Origin: Dendrobates tinctorius
Taxonomy: Eukaryota
DNA length: 64,000 bases
Reading direction: 5' to 3'
NCBI RefSeq assembly: GCF_039654945.1
Contig: NW_027361819.1
Coordinates: forward strand, 2,666,001 to 2,730,000
This document shows positions 47,299 through 60,660 of this stretch, in pieces. How positions within the stretch are numbered: the stretch's first letter is position 1; each line of letters starts with the position of its first letter. The position numbers were made by a program, and so were the translations under genes. The notes beneath the pieces were generated by a model. It had not been told where the DNA came from and made no database searches. It saw nothing but the letters and a program-made list of their open reading frames with translations.

Positions 47299-48009
47299 AA
47301 TTAACCAATTTTTTTTTTTTCTGATATATCATTTTTTAAATTGTTGGAGCAGGTAGCTTGAACTTTTTTTTTTTATCCATTGGCTTTTAACAATAAGGTT
47401 AAAAATGGATGAAACGCAGATAGAAAACTGAAATATGAAGTCCATCTTCTTAGTTTCATCCATGTCTCATGGGTCCCCACCCCATAAACTTCCGAAAAAA
47501 AAAAATGATAACCGGTCCTGCTCTGAGTCACATGAAACTAAACTGAAGCCTATATGAATCAATTAAACTCTATGCGTCAGGACGCCATCTGAAAAGTAAA
47601 ACGGCCAGCACTGGGACGCACAACACTGATTAGGTAATGAATCCTCCTACATTAGTAAATTGGCTCGTTTTCCTACCTTTATCCACTTCTCCCTTCACTT
47701 TGGCCACAAGACAGATGTTTTCCGAATCCAGCACCAGTCATCAATAGTCATAAAGGTCTTAGGCTAGACTGACAGTAGACCCTCTCTGAAGAAGCAACTA
47801 CGAGAAAACGCGCGTTAGGGCGGCTAAACTCCGGGTAAATAGAATATGCATTTGTGATGTGATACATGTACCGATGCCGGGTGTGTAGTTACTATTCGGG
47901 AATAAATGTTCCTCCCAAGCTGTATTTATTGCACTTTATCTGAATACACCTAATCTTGTAAATGGAATATATTCCCTTGCTATAGACATGGTTGGTGTCA
48001 TTGTTATAA

Positions 48010-48737
48010 TCTCTATATATAAAAGTGAATGTATGTATGTATGTGTGTGCATCACCAGCCAATCACGAAGCAGCAGAGTGGGACACCAACCAATCACGAA
48101 GCATCAGAGTGGGACACGGATGGAGAGCGGGGCTGAGGATGGATACAGCAGGATGGTGCATGGAGAGCGGGGCTGTGGAGGAATTAAGCCACGCTGTGGA
48201 GGGAGAGCAGGGCTGTGGAGGAAGAGAGCGGGGCTGTGGAGGGAGAGAGCAGGGCTGTGGAGGGAGAGAGCAGGGCTGTGGAGAGAGAGAGGGACACGGA
48301 TGTAGAGCGCGGATGCGGATAGAACGGGACGGCGGGTGGAGAGAAGATAGCGGGGCTGTGGTGGGAGAGAGCGGGGCTGTGGAGGGAGAGAGGGACACGG
48401 ATGTAGAGCGCAGCTGCGGATCGAACGGGACGGCGGGTGGAGAGAAGAGCGGGGCTGTGGTGGGAGAGAGCTCGGCTGTGGTGGGAGAGAGCGGGGCTGT
48501 GGTGGGAGAGAGCGGGGCTGTGGTGGGAGAGAGCGGGGCTGTGGAGGGACAGCGGGACACGGATGTAGAGCGCAGCTGCGGAGGGATAGAACGGGATGGC
48601 GGGTGGAGAGCGGGGCTGTAGAAGGAGAGCGTGATGGCGAGTGGAGCGGGGCTGCGGAAGGAGAGCGGGGCTGTTAAGGGAGAGAGCGGACCCACAGTTA
48701 GGTACTATGCCTGGGCAACGCCGGGCTCTTCAGCTAG
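48010..48737 (+). mobile_element. Complete non-autonomous Helitron with an internal GA-rich minisatellite
   Basis: A|TC start, subterminal hairpin CCTGGGCAACGCCGGG, CTAG|T end, no TSD. Confidence 0.85.
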
Positions 48738-49469
48738 TATATATATATTTTTATTTGCTTTCAGTTGGTCTGTTACTCCACTTGTCTCCATTAGGTGGGG
48801 ATATTGAGCAATGGGTTATCGATTTGTATTTTACATCATTGGGGGACTTAAGTATTTACATCTATTTTACATCATATATTTGTACCTTTTGGCTGTGATG
48901 TCATATGAAAACTATGCACAATTCCTCCATGTGGACCCGCATTCATCTTCATGTTTCATGGCTTATTTATTATTTCATACATACTGTCCGTGCATCCATG
49001 TTTTCCAGTGACGTGACTTTGCAATAGATCCCCTTTTTATTCTGGTTTTCTGTCTTGTTTGTTATTTACATATATGTTTAATAAAAACTCCTTATTTGGA
49101 AAGTAATACTTGCCTGATTATCATTTTTTATTGTAGCATTTCTTTTGACTTTATATATTGACACTAGGGTTATAACCGATCATAACTACCATAAATGAAG
49201 CCCGCTGACTGTTATGGGGCCTGTTGAGTCTGCATTAGGCTGTCATAGTGCAGTCTACTGCGACTTTTCTTGACTTTGCAAAGGAGCCAGTATGAATGAC
49301 GCTTAGAAATTACCCATTAGAAGAATTGTCCATGTCATATGCCAGGTCTATCATTTACTTCACTATAAGCTGAGATGCAGTACCGGAGAACGGCCACTAC
49401 GTGGTGCACATATCTGTTCTGGCTTCTTATCCTCCATAGGAGACATGATTGTTGTGGGTGCCAGGTTTA

Positions 49470-52400
49470 GGACCTCACAGCACAGTGATGTTCTGGCTTC
49501 GTACCCTGTGTACAGGACTTTATCGTTAGGGGTGCTGGGTGTAGGACCTCGGCGTACAGCGCTATTCTGGTTTCGAACCCTGTGTACAGGACCTGATCGT
49601 TGGGGTTGCAGGATTTAGGACCGCATCGTGCAGCGCAGTTCTGGCTTCGTACTCTGTGTACGGGACCTGATTGTTGGGGGTGCTGGATTTAGGACTGCAG
49701 TGTTCATGTCCCGTACACAAGGTACAAAGCCAGATCGTTGGGGGTGCTGGATTTAGGACCACACCGTAACGCACTGTTCTGGCTTCATACCCTGTGTACG
49801 GGACCTGATCGTTGGGGGTGCTGGATTTAGGACCACACTGTTCTGGCTTAGTACCCTGTGTACGGGACCTTATCGTTGGGGGTGCTGGATTTAGGACCGA
49901 ACCGTACAGCACTGTTCTGGCTTCGTACCCTGTGTACGGGACCTGATCGTTGGGGGTGCTGGATTTAGGACCCCACTGTTCTGGCTTTGTACCCTGTGTA
50001 CGGGACCTGATCGTTGGGGGTGCTGGATTTAGGACCACACTGTTCTGGCTTTGTACCCTGTGTACGGGACCTGATCGTTGGGGGTGCTGGATTTAGGACC
50101 GCACTGTTCTGGCTTTGTACCGTGTACGGGTATCTGATCGTTGGGGGTGCTGGATTTAGGACCTCACCGTACAGCGCTGTTCTGGCTCCTTACCCTGTGT
50201 GCGGGAACTGATCGTTGGGAGAGCTGGGTGTAGGACCTCACCGTACAGCGCTGTTCTGGCTCCTTACCCTGTGTGCGGGACCTGATCGTTGGGAGTGCTG
50301 TATTTAGGACCGCACTGTTCTGGCTTTGTACCCTGTGTACAGGACCTGATCGTTGAGGGTGTTGGATTTAGGACCGCACTGTTCTGGCTTTGTACCCCGT
50401 GTACGGGACCGGATCGTTGGGGGTGCTGGATTTAGGACCGCACTGTTCTGGCTTTGTACCCTGTGTACCGGACCTGATCGTTGAGGGTGCTGGATTTAGG
50501 ACCCCACTGTTCTGGCTTTGTACCCTGTGTACAGGACCTGATCGTTGGGGGTGCTGGATTTAGGACCGCACTGTTCTGGCTTTGTACCCCATGTAAGGGA
50601 CCTGAATTTAGGACCGCACTGTTCTGGCTTTGTACCGTGTACAGGAATTGATCGTTGGGGGTGCTGGATTTAGGACCACACTGTTCTGGCTTTGTACCCT
50701 GTGTACGGGTATCTGATCGTTGGGGGTGCTGGATTTAGGACCTCACCGTACAGCGCTGTTCTGGCTCCTTACCCTGTGTGCGGGACCTGATCGTTGGGAG
50801 TGCTGGGTGTAGGACCTCACCGTTCAGCGTTGTTCTGGCTCCTTACCCTGTGTGCGGGACCTGATCGTTGGGGGTGCTGGATTTAGGACCGCGTTGTTCT
50901 GGCTTTGTACCGTGTACGGGTATCTGATCGTTGGGGGTGCTGGATTTAGGACCTCACCGTACAGCGCTGTTCTGGCTCCTTACCCTGTGTGCGGGACCTG
51001 ATCGTTGGGAGTGCTGGGTGTAGGACCTCACCGTTCAGCGTTGTTCTGGCTCCTTACCCTGTGTGCGGGACCTGATCGTTGGGGGTGCTGGATTTAGGAC
51101 CGCATTGTTCTGGCTTTGTACCCTGTGTACAGGAATTGATCGTTGGGGGTGCTGGATTTAGGACCGCACTGTTCTGGCTTTGTACCCCGTGTAGGGACCT
51201 GATCGTTGGGGGTGCTGGATTTAGGACCACACTGTTCTGGCTTTGTACCCTGTGTACAGGAATTGATCGTTGGAGGTGCTGGATTTAGGACCCCACTGTT
51301 CTGGCTTTGTACCCTGTGTACGGGACCTGATCTTTTGTGGTGCTGGATTTAGGACCGCACTGTTCTGGCTTTGTACCCCATGTACGGGACCTGATCGTTG
51401 GGGGTGCTGGATTTAGGACCGCACTGTTCTGGCTTTGTACCCTGTGTACAGGAATTGATCGTTGGAGGTGCTGGATTTAGGACCCCACTGTTCTGGCTTT
51501 GTACCCTGTGTAGGGGTATCTGATCGTTGGGGGTGTTGGATTAAGGACCTCAACGTACAGCGCTGTTTTGGCTCCATACCCTGTGTGCGGGACCTGATCG
51601 TTGGGGGTGCTGGGTGTAGGACCTCACCGTACAGCGCTGTTCTGGCTCCTTACCCTGTGTGTGGGACCTGGTCGTTGGGGGTGTTGGATTTAGGACCTCT
51701 CCGTACCGTTCTGGCTCTGTACCCTGTGTACGGGACCTGATCGTTGGTGGTGCCGGGTGTAGGACCTCACCGTACAGCGCTGTTCTGGCTCCTTACCCTG
51801 TATACGGGACCTGATCGTTGGGAGTACTGGATTTAGGACCGCACCGTACTGTTCTGGCTTTGTACCGTGTGCGGGACCTGATCGTTGGGAGTGCTGGGTG
51901 TAGGACCTCACCGTACAGCGCTGTTCTGGCTCCTTACCCTGTGTGTGGGACCTGAACGTTGGGAGTACTGGATTTAGGACCGCACCGTACCGCACTGTTC
52001 TGGCTTTGTACCCTGTGTGCGGGACCCGATCGTTGGGAGTGCTGGGTGTAGGACCTCACCGTACAGCGCTGTTCTGGCTCCGTACCCTGTCTGCGTGACC
52101 TGATCGTTGGGAGTACTTGATTTAGGACTGCACCGTACCGCACTGTTCTGGCTTTGTACCCTGTGTACGGGACCTGATCGTTGGGAGTAGTGGATTTAGG
52201 ACCGCACTGTTCTGGCTTTGTACCCTGTGTGCGGGACCTGATCGTTGGGGGTGCTTGGTGTAGGACCTCACCGTACAGCGCTGTTCTGGCTCCGTACGGG
52301 ACCTGATTGTTGGGGGTGCTGGATTTAGGACCTCACCGTACCGTTCTGGCTCTTTACCCTGTGTACAGGACCTGATAGTTAGGGGTGCTGAATTTAGGAC

Positions 52401-53620
52401 CGCACCGTACCGTTCTGGCTCCGTACCCTGTGTACGGGACCTGATCATTGGGGGTGCTGGATTTAGGACCGCACTGTACTGCGCTGTTCTGGCTCCGTAC
52501 CCTGTGTACGGTACCTGATGGGGGTGCTGGATTTAGGACCGCTCTGTACCGTTCTGGCTCCATACCCTGTGTGTGGGACCTGATCATTGGGGGTGCTGGG
52601 TGTAGGACCTCTCCGTACCGTTCTGGCTCCGTACCCTGTGTGTGGGACCTGATCATTGGGGGTGCTGGGTGTAGGACCTCACCGTACAGCACTGTTCTGG
52701 CTCCGTACCGTGTGTGGGACCTGATCATTGGGGGTGCTGGGTGTAGGACCTCTCCGTACCGTTCTGGCTCCGTACCCTGTGTGTGGGACCTGATCATTGG
52801 GGGTGCTGGGTGTAGGACCTCTCCGTACCGTTCTGGCTCCGTACCCTGTGTGTGGGACCTGATCATTGGAAGTGCTGGGTGTGGGACCTCACCGTACAGC
52901 ACTGTTCTGGCTCCGTACCCTGTGTGTGGGACCTGATCATTGGGGGTGCTGGGTGTAGGACCTCACCATACAGCGCTGTTCTGGCTCCTTACCCTGTGTG
53001 CGGGACCTGATCGTTGGGAGAGCTGGGTGTAGGACCTCACCGTACAGCGCTGTTCTGGCTCCTTACCCTGTGTGCGGGACCTGATCGTTGGGAGTGCTGT
53101 ATTTAGGACCGCACTGTTCTGGCTTTGTACCCTGTGTACAGGACCTGATCGTTGAGGGTGTTGGATTTAGGACCGCACTGTTCTGGCTTTGTACCCCGTG
53201 TACGGGACCTGATCGTTGGGGGTGCTGGATTTAGGACCGCACTGTTCTGGCTTTGTACCCTGTGTACGGGACCTGATCGTTGAGGGTGCTGGATTTAGGA
53301 CCCCACTGTTCTGGCTTTGTACCCTGTGTACGGGACCTGATCGTTGGGGGTGCTGGATTTAGGACCGCACTGTTCTGGCTCCGTACCCTGTGTGTGGGAC
53401 CTGATCGTTGGGAGAGCTGGGTGTAGGACCTCACCGTACTGTTCTGGCTCCGTACCCTGTGTGTGGGACCTGATCGTTGGGAGAGCTGGGTGTAGGACCT
53501 CACCGTACTGTTCTGGCTCTGTACCCTGTGTACGGGACCTGATCGTTGGGGGTGCTGGATTTAGGACCGCTCCGTACCCTGTGTGTGGGACCTGATCGTT
53601 GCCGGGTGTAGGACCTCACA
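49470..53620. repeat. 64-74-bp minisatellite array (~4.1 kb)
   Basis: Unit CTGATCGTTGGGGGTGCTGGATTTAGGACC(tcaccgtaca)GCACTGTTCTGGCTTTGTACCCTGTGTACGGGAC. Confidence 0.97.
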
Positions 53621-53689
53621 TTTATGACACCGGTCACCTGTCCTACGTCCAGACGTTCTCTGGGCCCCGGAGCCCCTTTGAGGTCTACA

Positions 53690-54380
53690 CCGGAGAGCTG
53701 ATTCCATCTTGGTGATTCCCGACATAAGATCCAGATGCTCCGATGTTCGCGATCCTGCGATCCACGACGCCGGCACGCGATACACACAGCCACGGACACA
53801 CGCGCTACGTCCACACCTGTAGAATCACTGGACGGTAATTTTGCCTCCATTTTTCCGCCACAAACTGCAGCTCTGACAGGAGGTGCCTTATAACCAGTGA
53901 GGTTTACATGAATCACCTCCCTATAGCGCTGCCCTCCCGGTCCCGGCCCGTGTGGTATCCCGCTCCCCGCTCACATTTACCTCAGAACAAGCTCCTGTCA
54001 GCAGAGAACTCGACGCCTCTACATCGCGCGCTCAGAAGACACGACGCCCCGCCCACTGCGTCAACGGGCCGTTACCAAGGAACCAGAAGGCGTGGCCGTC
54101 TGGTTTGCGCCTGCGCAGTATGTCTCCCCGACTGACTGCTTGCGCCGGTCACCTGCTCCAGGCCGGGTGCGTGGTGTTCGGGCTCCGCGCTCAGCGACTT
54201 CTACTCCCGACCAATCACAGCGCTCCTAGCAGGTAAGAGGGTCCTGAGGTGCCCTGCGACCTATCAAAACCGCGCTCCGCTTGATTGACATTTATTTCCA
54301 CCAATCACGTTGGGAACAGCAGGTAGTTACATCATATCACCCCTCATGGTATACTTCCGCGCCCCTCTGCCTCCCGCCAT
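53690..54380. promoter_or_regulatory. CpG-rich NUDT9 promoter, possibly bidirectional
   Basis: CpG-dense, GC box CCCCGCCC (~54047), NRF1-like TGCGCCTGCGCA (~54106-54117), CCAAT motifs, directly around the NUDT9 start codon. Confidence 0.6.
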
Positions 54381-57300
54381 CATCCAGTCACCATGGTGAT
54401 AACACACTGCTGCCCTAGGCCTTGGTGAGGTAACAGCTGACAGCCATGGGATAATATCATCACCGCTGTAACGGTCCAATCCAGGTAGTGTTTACAGAGA
54501 TCATGTGACCACAGCAGCCAATCCCTGGTCTCGTGATGCTACCGGAGGCTTGTGATTGGCTGCGGCAGTCACATGGGTATCTGTGATGTCATCACCATGG
54601 GGACAACATAAATACAGGTGACAGACCGATCGCCCGATCAGAGTCGTGCGCCAGATCGGAGCGTCCGGCGTCTGAGGCCGTACAGCAGCGCAGAGTGTGT
54701 CAGTGTGGGGGCTGGAGCCATGTTTTATGTTGCTGTACTGACCCATCTTCCCGCCTGCGTCTAGGGGTGCGGTGTGTGACCGGACGTGTGGATGCCGGGT
54801 AGCGCCCTGACTCGAGCTGTTACCGCGGCCTCTGTCACTGCTGCGCTCGTCAGGTGCAGTACTGTTATAGTGCCGCCATGTGTCCTCTGTGTGTGTCAGA
54901 CTGTACCGTGCGTCTGGCATTGTATTCATGCACCAGGAGGCCCTGGCTGAGCAGCGGCAGGTCCTTGTCCTGACTCGGTTGTGTCTCGTTTCTTTCTCCC
55001 GCAGTGTCCTGTTGTCGTGCTGGTACAGCAGCCGCCCGCCAGTGATGGCGACTCACGTCAAGGCTTTGACCTCTCCGTACCAAGGCTCCAAGGTGGAGAG
55101 GAGGCCGGTTCCCCAGGAGAAGGTCAGCTGGTCTGTGGAATGGCCGGAGTATCAGCCCGTAGAGTACACTGCCCCCTCCGTTCTCGCCAGACCTCCCTGG
55201 GCTGACCCACCACAAAGGTGAGAGGTGCCTGGAAACCGCCAGACCAGTCTGGCTAGTCTCGTGTAGCGCTTTCTGATAACGCCCAGGCTGGGCGAGGATT
55301 TCGGCTCAGGGGCTTCATCAGGAGCGTTCATCGCAGATTCAGCCTTATTACGCCTAACAGTACATCGCAGCGTCCCGTTACGTATAAAGTCAGTACCATG
55401 TTCTGAGCGACGGGGACCTCTAGTGTAGAACTGTGGAACAGCCACCAGGGAGCGGCTGTCACCACCATGCCGGCCGTTTCCTGCAGCATTCTGTCCAAAA
55501 ATGATCCAAAACCGGAGTAGGGTCCCCAGTAATATTTATAGGGGTTATATACCAAGATTATTCTCTACCCACAGATCCTGAGAAAGGGGCTTGGTGTGGA
55601 CTTTTTGAATGGTGCGGTGGTCGCACATGCAGGTCAGCGGTCCACTCATCCTCCATGGCACAGAGCAGTGTAAGGCTATCTCCATATTTAAGGGGGTTGT
55701 CTCATGTTTTTATGTCCCACAGCAGATAAGAAGGTTGGAGGCAGCGGAGCTGTGCGTTCCTGGACAAAGAACATGAGACAACCCCTTTAAATATGTGAGT
55801 GCCGGAGTCCAGGCGCGCTGTGCTGCTCTACCTCCACCCAGCTCCCTGCTTGCCATCGACAGCTCAGACCTGCGGCATTGTCCCACCCTGCTCCGTACTG
55901 TGCCCTCACTTATCCCGCATGCAGAGGCCGCTTTGCCTCGGCAGCATCAGACGAGTGCTAGAAAGCGTGAAGCTCTCCGGATACCGCGGTGCTATCAGCT
56001 TTAGAGCAGCGATTACAAGCAAACTATTTGTAAGTGCTGAACTCCTTGCTTAGGAGACCAACCACCAGTGGCAGGGACTGCTCGTTGCCAAGGTTAGCGG
56101 CCACCACTGCGGTCTACCAGTGGTGGTTGGTCTCCTAATCAGTACGCTCTCAAATTAAAAATTCCCCGTTTTTGAGAACGGAAAGGATTTTTACTAAAAG
56201 CTAAGTTGCAAAGTTGCTTATTTTTCACCAGCATATTGCAATTTTAATTAACCAGCGCCTTTAATAAATGGAGCAAAGGTGGGGGGCATGTAGGACCATC
56301 CATCTATTCATAGACCATTCTCAGGGTGGGTGGGGGTCCCAATTGTCAGCAATGTATCACCTTTCCTGTGGATGGGTGATAAAGACAACCATGAATGTAA
56401 CTTTGCAGAAATAGTATTTTTTTTATTAATACCTGTCATGATCCAGGTTGGCTGATGACAGATAAAAGCACATGTAACCTTTTTTTTCCTTATGCTGTGT
56501 GCTTAAGTTTGGTTTTGCCCCCGGTGGCCATTAGGGTCATTGCACAGTGGTGTCTTTTGTCCTAGTTTGCCCCCGGTGGTGGTTAGCGTTATTACACGGG
56601 AATCACTAACAGGTGTGATTCCTCTGGCTTAACTATAAAGGTGTGTCATGTGCTCTCACTCATTGTTGGCGATAGTGGTCATTTCCAACCATCGTTGGTG
56701 GAGGAAGGAGCTAGAGAGAGTTCCTGGCAGCTCAGTCAGAGTCCTGGTGTGGAAGGAGCTAGAGAGAGTTCCTTGCAGCTCTGACAAAGCTTGGTGAAGG
56801 AGCAGCTATTCTGGAGGAAAGCTGCATTCTGGTGTTGGACTCTGTTGCTGGGAGCAAGAGCAACAGAGCAAAGCTAAGTGGTGTTATCCCTGTTTGGGAC
56901 ATCCCTTTTGTGTGTTTCAGTGCAGTGGTGGGATTAGTTTCTGCACCGTCCATTTCATTAGAAAGGGCTAGGTGCAGGGCGAGCTAGGGTTCTTAGGTTC
57001 CAGCTCGGCGACAGGTGTGGAGCCTGTATAGGCACTGTTAGGAGTGTAGAGACTGGCTCGGGAGTGCAGGAGGTCTCCACATCCCTGTTCTCTCTCGCAG
57101 GGCCCTCCATTGTATCAGTTTCCCTGGTGTTTCCCTTTATTGTTTAAATTCTCCCTGTTGGAGGCGGTGTATCCAGTTACACGTGTAATTCTGAAATTCG
57201 CCTGCTGGAGGCGGTGTATCCGGCTGCACGTTATATTATTTAAATTCGCCCTACTGGAAGCGGTGTATCCAGGGTCACGTGTGCCATAGAAATTCTCCCT

Positions 57301-60300
57301 GCTGGAGGCGGTGTATCCAGGGTCACGTGTGCCATAGAAATTCTCCCTGCTGGAGGCGGTGTGTCCAGTCACACGTTGACCATCACAATACCGAGTCACA
57401 CCCAGAGCTGCAATCACAATTCTTCCGGCTGCTGTACTTGCTCGCTTGGACCACGTCTCCATTTCTGTGTGCTCTGTACTAACACTAAAGAAGACCGCAT
57501 GCATCCTGAGAACCAACAGAAAAGCAGCAGAAATGTGCGTGCAGATTTCGATGTGACTGGAGTACAATAAAACATGGATCTTCTTGTGTTTTGCAGCAAT
57601 GAAGACTTCTGCCCCAAGTACAACGCACTCGACGGACAAGTAGAGAGAACCAGTTTTGAAGGAACATATGAAGTAATAGACGGATGGCCGAGGTGAATGC
57701 GGGTGACATATAATGGGGCATCCTCTCGCCTCTACAGCAAGATCTGACTGCGAGTATTTACTTCCATTCTCAGGAACCCCATGGGGCGGACAGGGATAAT
57801 AGGGAGAGGACTACTGGGCCGATGGGGACCGAATCATGCAGCAGACCCCATCATAACCAGGTGAGCACAGCTGCTGCTGCTACTACTTCTACTACTGCTA
57901 CTATCACTGCTCCTACTACCACCACTACTGCTGCTTACACTGCTGCTGCTGCTACTATCACTGCTGCTACCAACACTACTTCTACTGCTGCCGCTGCTGC
58001 TGCTACTACTGCGGCTGCTACTACTGCCACTACTGCTACTACTACCACCGCTGCTGCTGCTGCTGCTACTACCACTGCTGCTACCACCACTACTGTGGCT
58101 GCTACTACTGCGGCTTCTACTACTGCTGCTACCACCACTACTGCTGCGGCTGCTACTACCACCATTACTGCTGCTACTACCGCTGCTGCTGCTACCACCA
58201 CTACTGCTGCTGCTACTACTGCTGCTGCTGCTTCCACCACTACTGCTGCTACCACCACTACTGCTGCGGCTGCTACTACCACCATTACTGCTGCTACTAC
58301 TTCTACTGCTGTTGCTGCTGCAATGGACAGGTAATATGCCAGAATGTGTTTAATGTTTTCCTCCCCCCTCCAGGTGGAAACGAGCTACTACAGGGGAGAA
58401 GGTTCAGCATTCCGAGACTGGGAAACCTGTATTACAATTTGTATCTATACAGAGGAAAGACTGCGGGCAGTGGGCGATCCCGGGGGTGAGTGCAGAGCAC
58501 ATTACAGGCCCCTGAATAAAGGATGTGTAAATATGGAACAGATGAGACACATAGCTCACCCCAGGAAGGATTACACAATGTGACCCCTCTCACAATCACC
58601 GCTCCAAGCAGATACAGACAGAACTACACCTCGTGTTTCTCCTGCTTCAAAGACAAGATAGAACCTGAGCGCCAGGGCGTTCATGGGAAATGTCAGTGAC
58701 AGGAACTGGAGATGTATGACTGCTGTGTATCCTCTAATGTACCCGAGATCATGGTGCAATGAGGATTAGTATTATAACTGCTATAATACTGCCCCTATGT
58801 ACAAGAATATAACTGCTATAATACTGCTCCTATGTACATGAATATAACTACTATAATACTGCCCCTATGTACAAGAATATAACTACTATAATACTGCCCC
58901 CTATGTACAAGACTATAACTACTATAATACTGCTCCTATGTACAAGATTATAACTACTATAATACTGCTCCCTATGTACAAGAATATAGCTACTATAATA
59001 CTGCCCCTATGTACAAGAATATAACTACTATAATACTAGTCCTATGTACAAGAATATAACTACTATAATACTGCTCCTATGTACAGGAATATAACTACTA
59101 TAATACTGCCCCTATGTACAAGAATATAACTACTATAATACTGCTCCTATGTACAAGAATATAGCTACTATAATACTGCCCCCTATGTACAAGAATATAA
59201 CTACTATAATACTGCTCCCTATGTACAAGAATATAGCTACTATAATACTGCCCCCTATGTACAAGAATATAACTACTATAATACTGCTCCCTATGTACAA
59301 GAATATAGCTACTATAATACTGCCCCTATGTACAAGAATATAACTACTATAATACTGCTCCTATGTACAAGAATATAACTACTATAATACTGCCCCTATG
59401 TACAAGAATATAACTACTATAATACTGCTCCTATGTACAAGAATATAACTACTATAATACTGCCCCCTATGTACAAGAATATAACTACTATAATACTGCT
59501 CCCTATGTACAAGAATATAACTACTATAATACTGCTACCTATGTACAAGAATATAACTACTATAATACTGCCCCCTATGTACAAGAATATAACTACTATA
59601 ATACTGCTCCCTATGTACAAGAATATAACTACTATAATACTGCTCCCTATGTACAAGAATATAACTACTATAATACTGCCCCTATGTACAAGAATATAAC
59701 TACTATAATACTGCCCCCTATGTACAAGAATATAACGATTATAATACTGCCCCCTATGTACAAGAATATAACGATTATAATACTGCCCCCTATGTACAAG
59801 AATATAACGATTATAATACTGCCCCCTATGTACAAGAATATAACGATTATAATACTGCCCCCTATGTACAAGAATATAACGATTATAATACTGCCCCCTA
59901 TGTACAAGAATATAACTACTATAATACTGCCCCTGTGTGTGTATCTTCCACTCTCTGCATGTCTGTATGTGGCAGGGGATGGTGGATCCGGGGGAGCTGG
60001 TGACGGCAACGCTGCGCAGGGAGTTCTGTGAGGAAGCGTTGAACTCTCTGGAGAGCTCTGGAGAGGAGCCGGACACAGAGCAGAGAATCCAGAGCCTCTT
60101 CTCTCAGGAGCACTTGCCGGTAATGTTCACCTGGTGGTCCCTTGCTTCTAGGAATGTCGTCATTCTCGGGGGCTCATCGGATATAGGGGGTTGTGTAGAT
60201 CTTGTAAACGTCAGGCTCTTTGCTGGCGGCTGCTTAGTGTGAATACTGCCTTTCTCTTTTTGCCTTTGTGTCAGTCTTTACTGTAATCTTATGATGTTCA

Positions 60301-60660
60301 TGAAACAGAAAGTTCAGGATGAAGTGAATTTCATGTGTGACCGTCCATTGCAGGTATACAAGGGGTATGTGGATGACCCTCGTAACACGGACAACGCCTG
60401 GATGGAGACGCAGGCTGTGAATTACCACGACGAGACAGGTGGGTATTCCGGGCGGTCTCATTACCTGCCCCGGTGCTGCATCCTCTGATGCCCGTGTTTT
60501 CCCTCTCCCATCAGGGCACATCCTGGACCAGTTGGCCTTACAAGCCGGGGACGATGCGGGCAAGGTGCAGTGGGTGGACGTCAGCGGCAGCTGCAGCCTG
60601 TACGCCAACCATGCCCAGTTCATTCAGATAGTGGCAGAGAAGAGGGGCGCCCACTGGTAG
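54120..60660 (+). CDS. NUDT9: ADP-ribose pyrophosphatase, mitochondrial (Nudix hydrolase 9), 8 exons, 331 aa
   Basis: Exons 54120-54232, 55005-55217, 57597-57692, 57774-57860, 58374-58485, 59976-60119, 60354-60438 and 60515-60660 (996 nt, all GT-AG, phases consistent). Motifs [68 protein letters not shown]. Exon 1 is the least certain. Confidence 0.96.
55692..55786. mobile_element. Very short T2-type MITE
   Basis: TTAA flanks and TIR GGGGTTGTCTCATGTT / AACATGAGACAACCCC. Confidence 0.75.
56434..57387. mobile_element. Solo LTR in NUDT9 intron 2
   Basis: TGTCATG...CATCACA ends, 5-bp TSD ATACC, internal ~50-bp repeats at 57145-57370. Confidence 0.85.
57869..58321. repeat. Compound (GCT/ACT/ACC)n trinucleotide repeat in NUDT9 intron 4
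   Basis: About 150 in-phase triplets. Confidence 0.95.
58772..59933. repeat. 35/36-bp minisatellite (same family as 20539-29160) in NUDT9 intron 5
   Basis: Same unit and orientation as the large array. Confidence 0.98.

Larger units (their letters stand above)
40066..47740 (+). repeat. Segmental duplication copy 2
   Basis: See copy 1 at 1055-10125. Confidence 0.92.

Noticed and set aside
48025-53595. Repetitive ORFs in the Helitron and the 64-74-bp array
   Set aside because: Translations of tandem repeats with no coding evidence.
53500-53916. 138-aa minus-strand ORF near the promoter
   Set aside because: No recognisable homology and it runs into the minisatellite. Kept only as a possible non-coding exon region.
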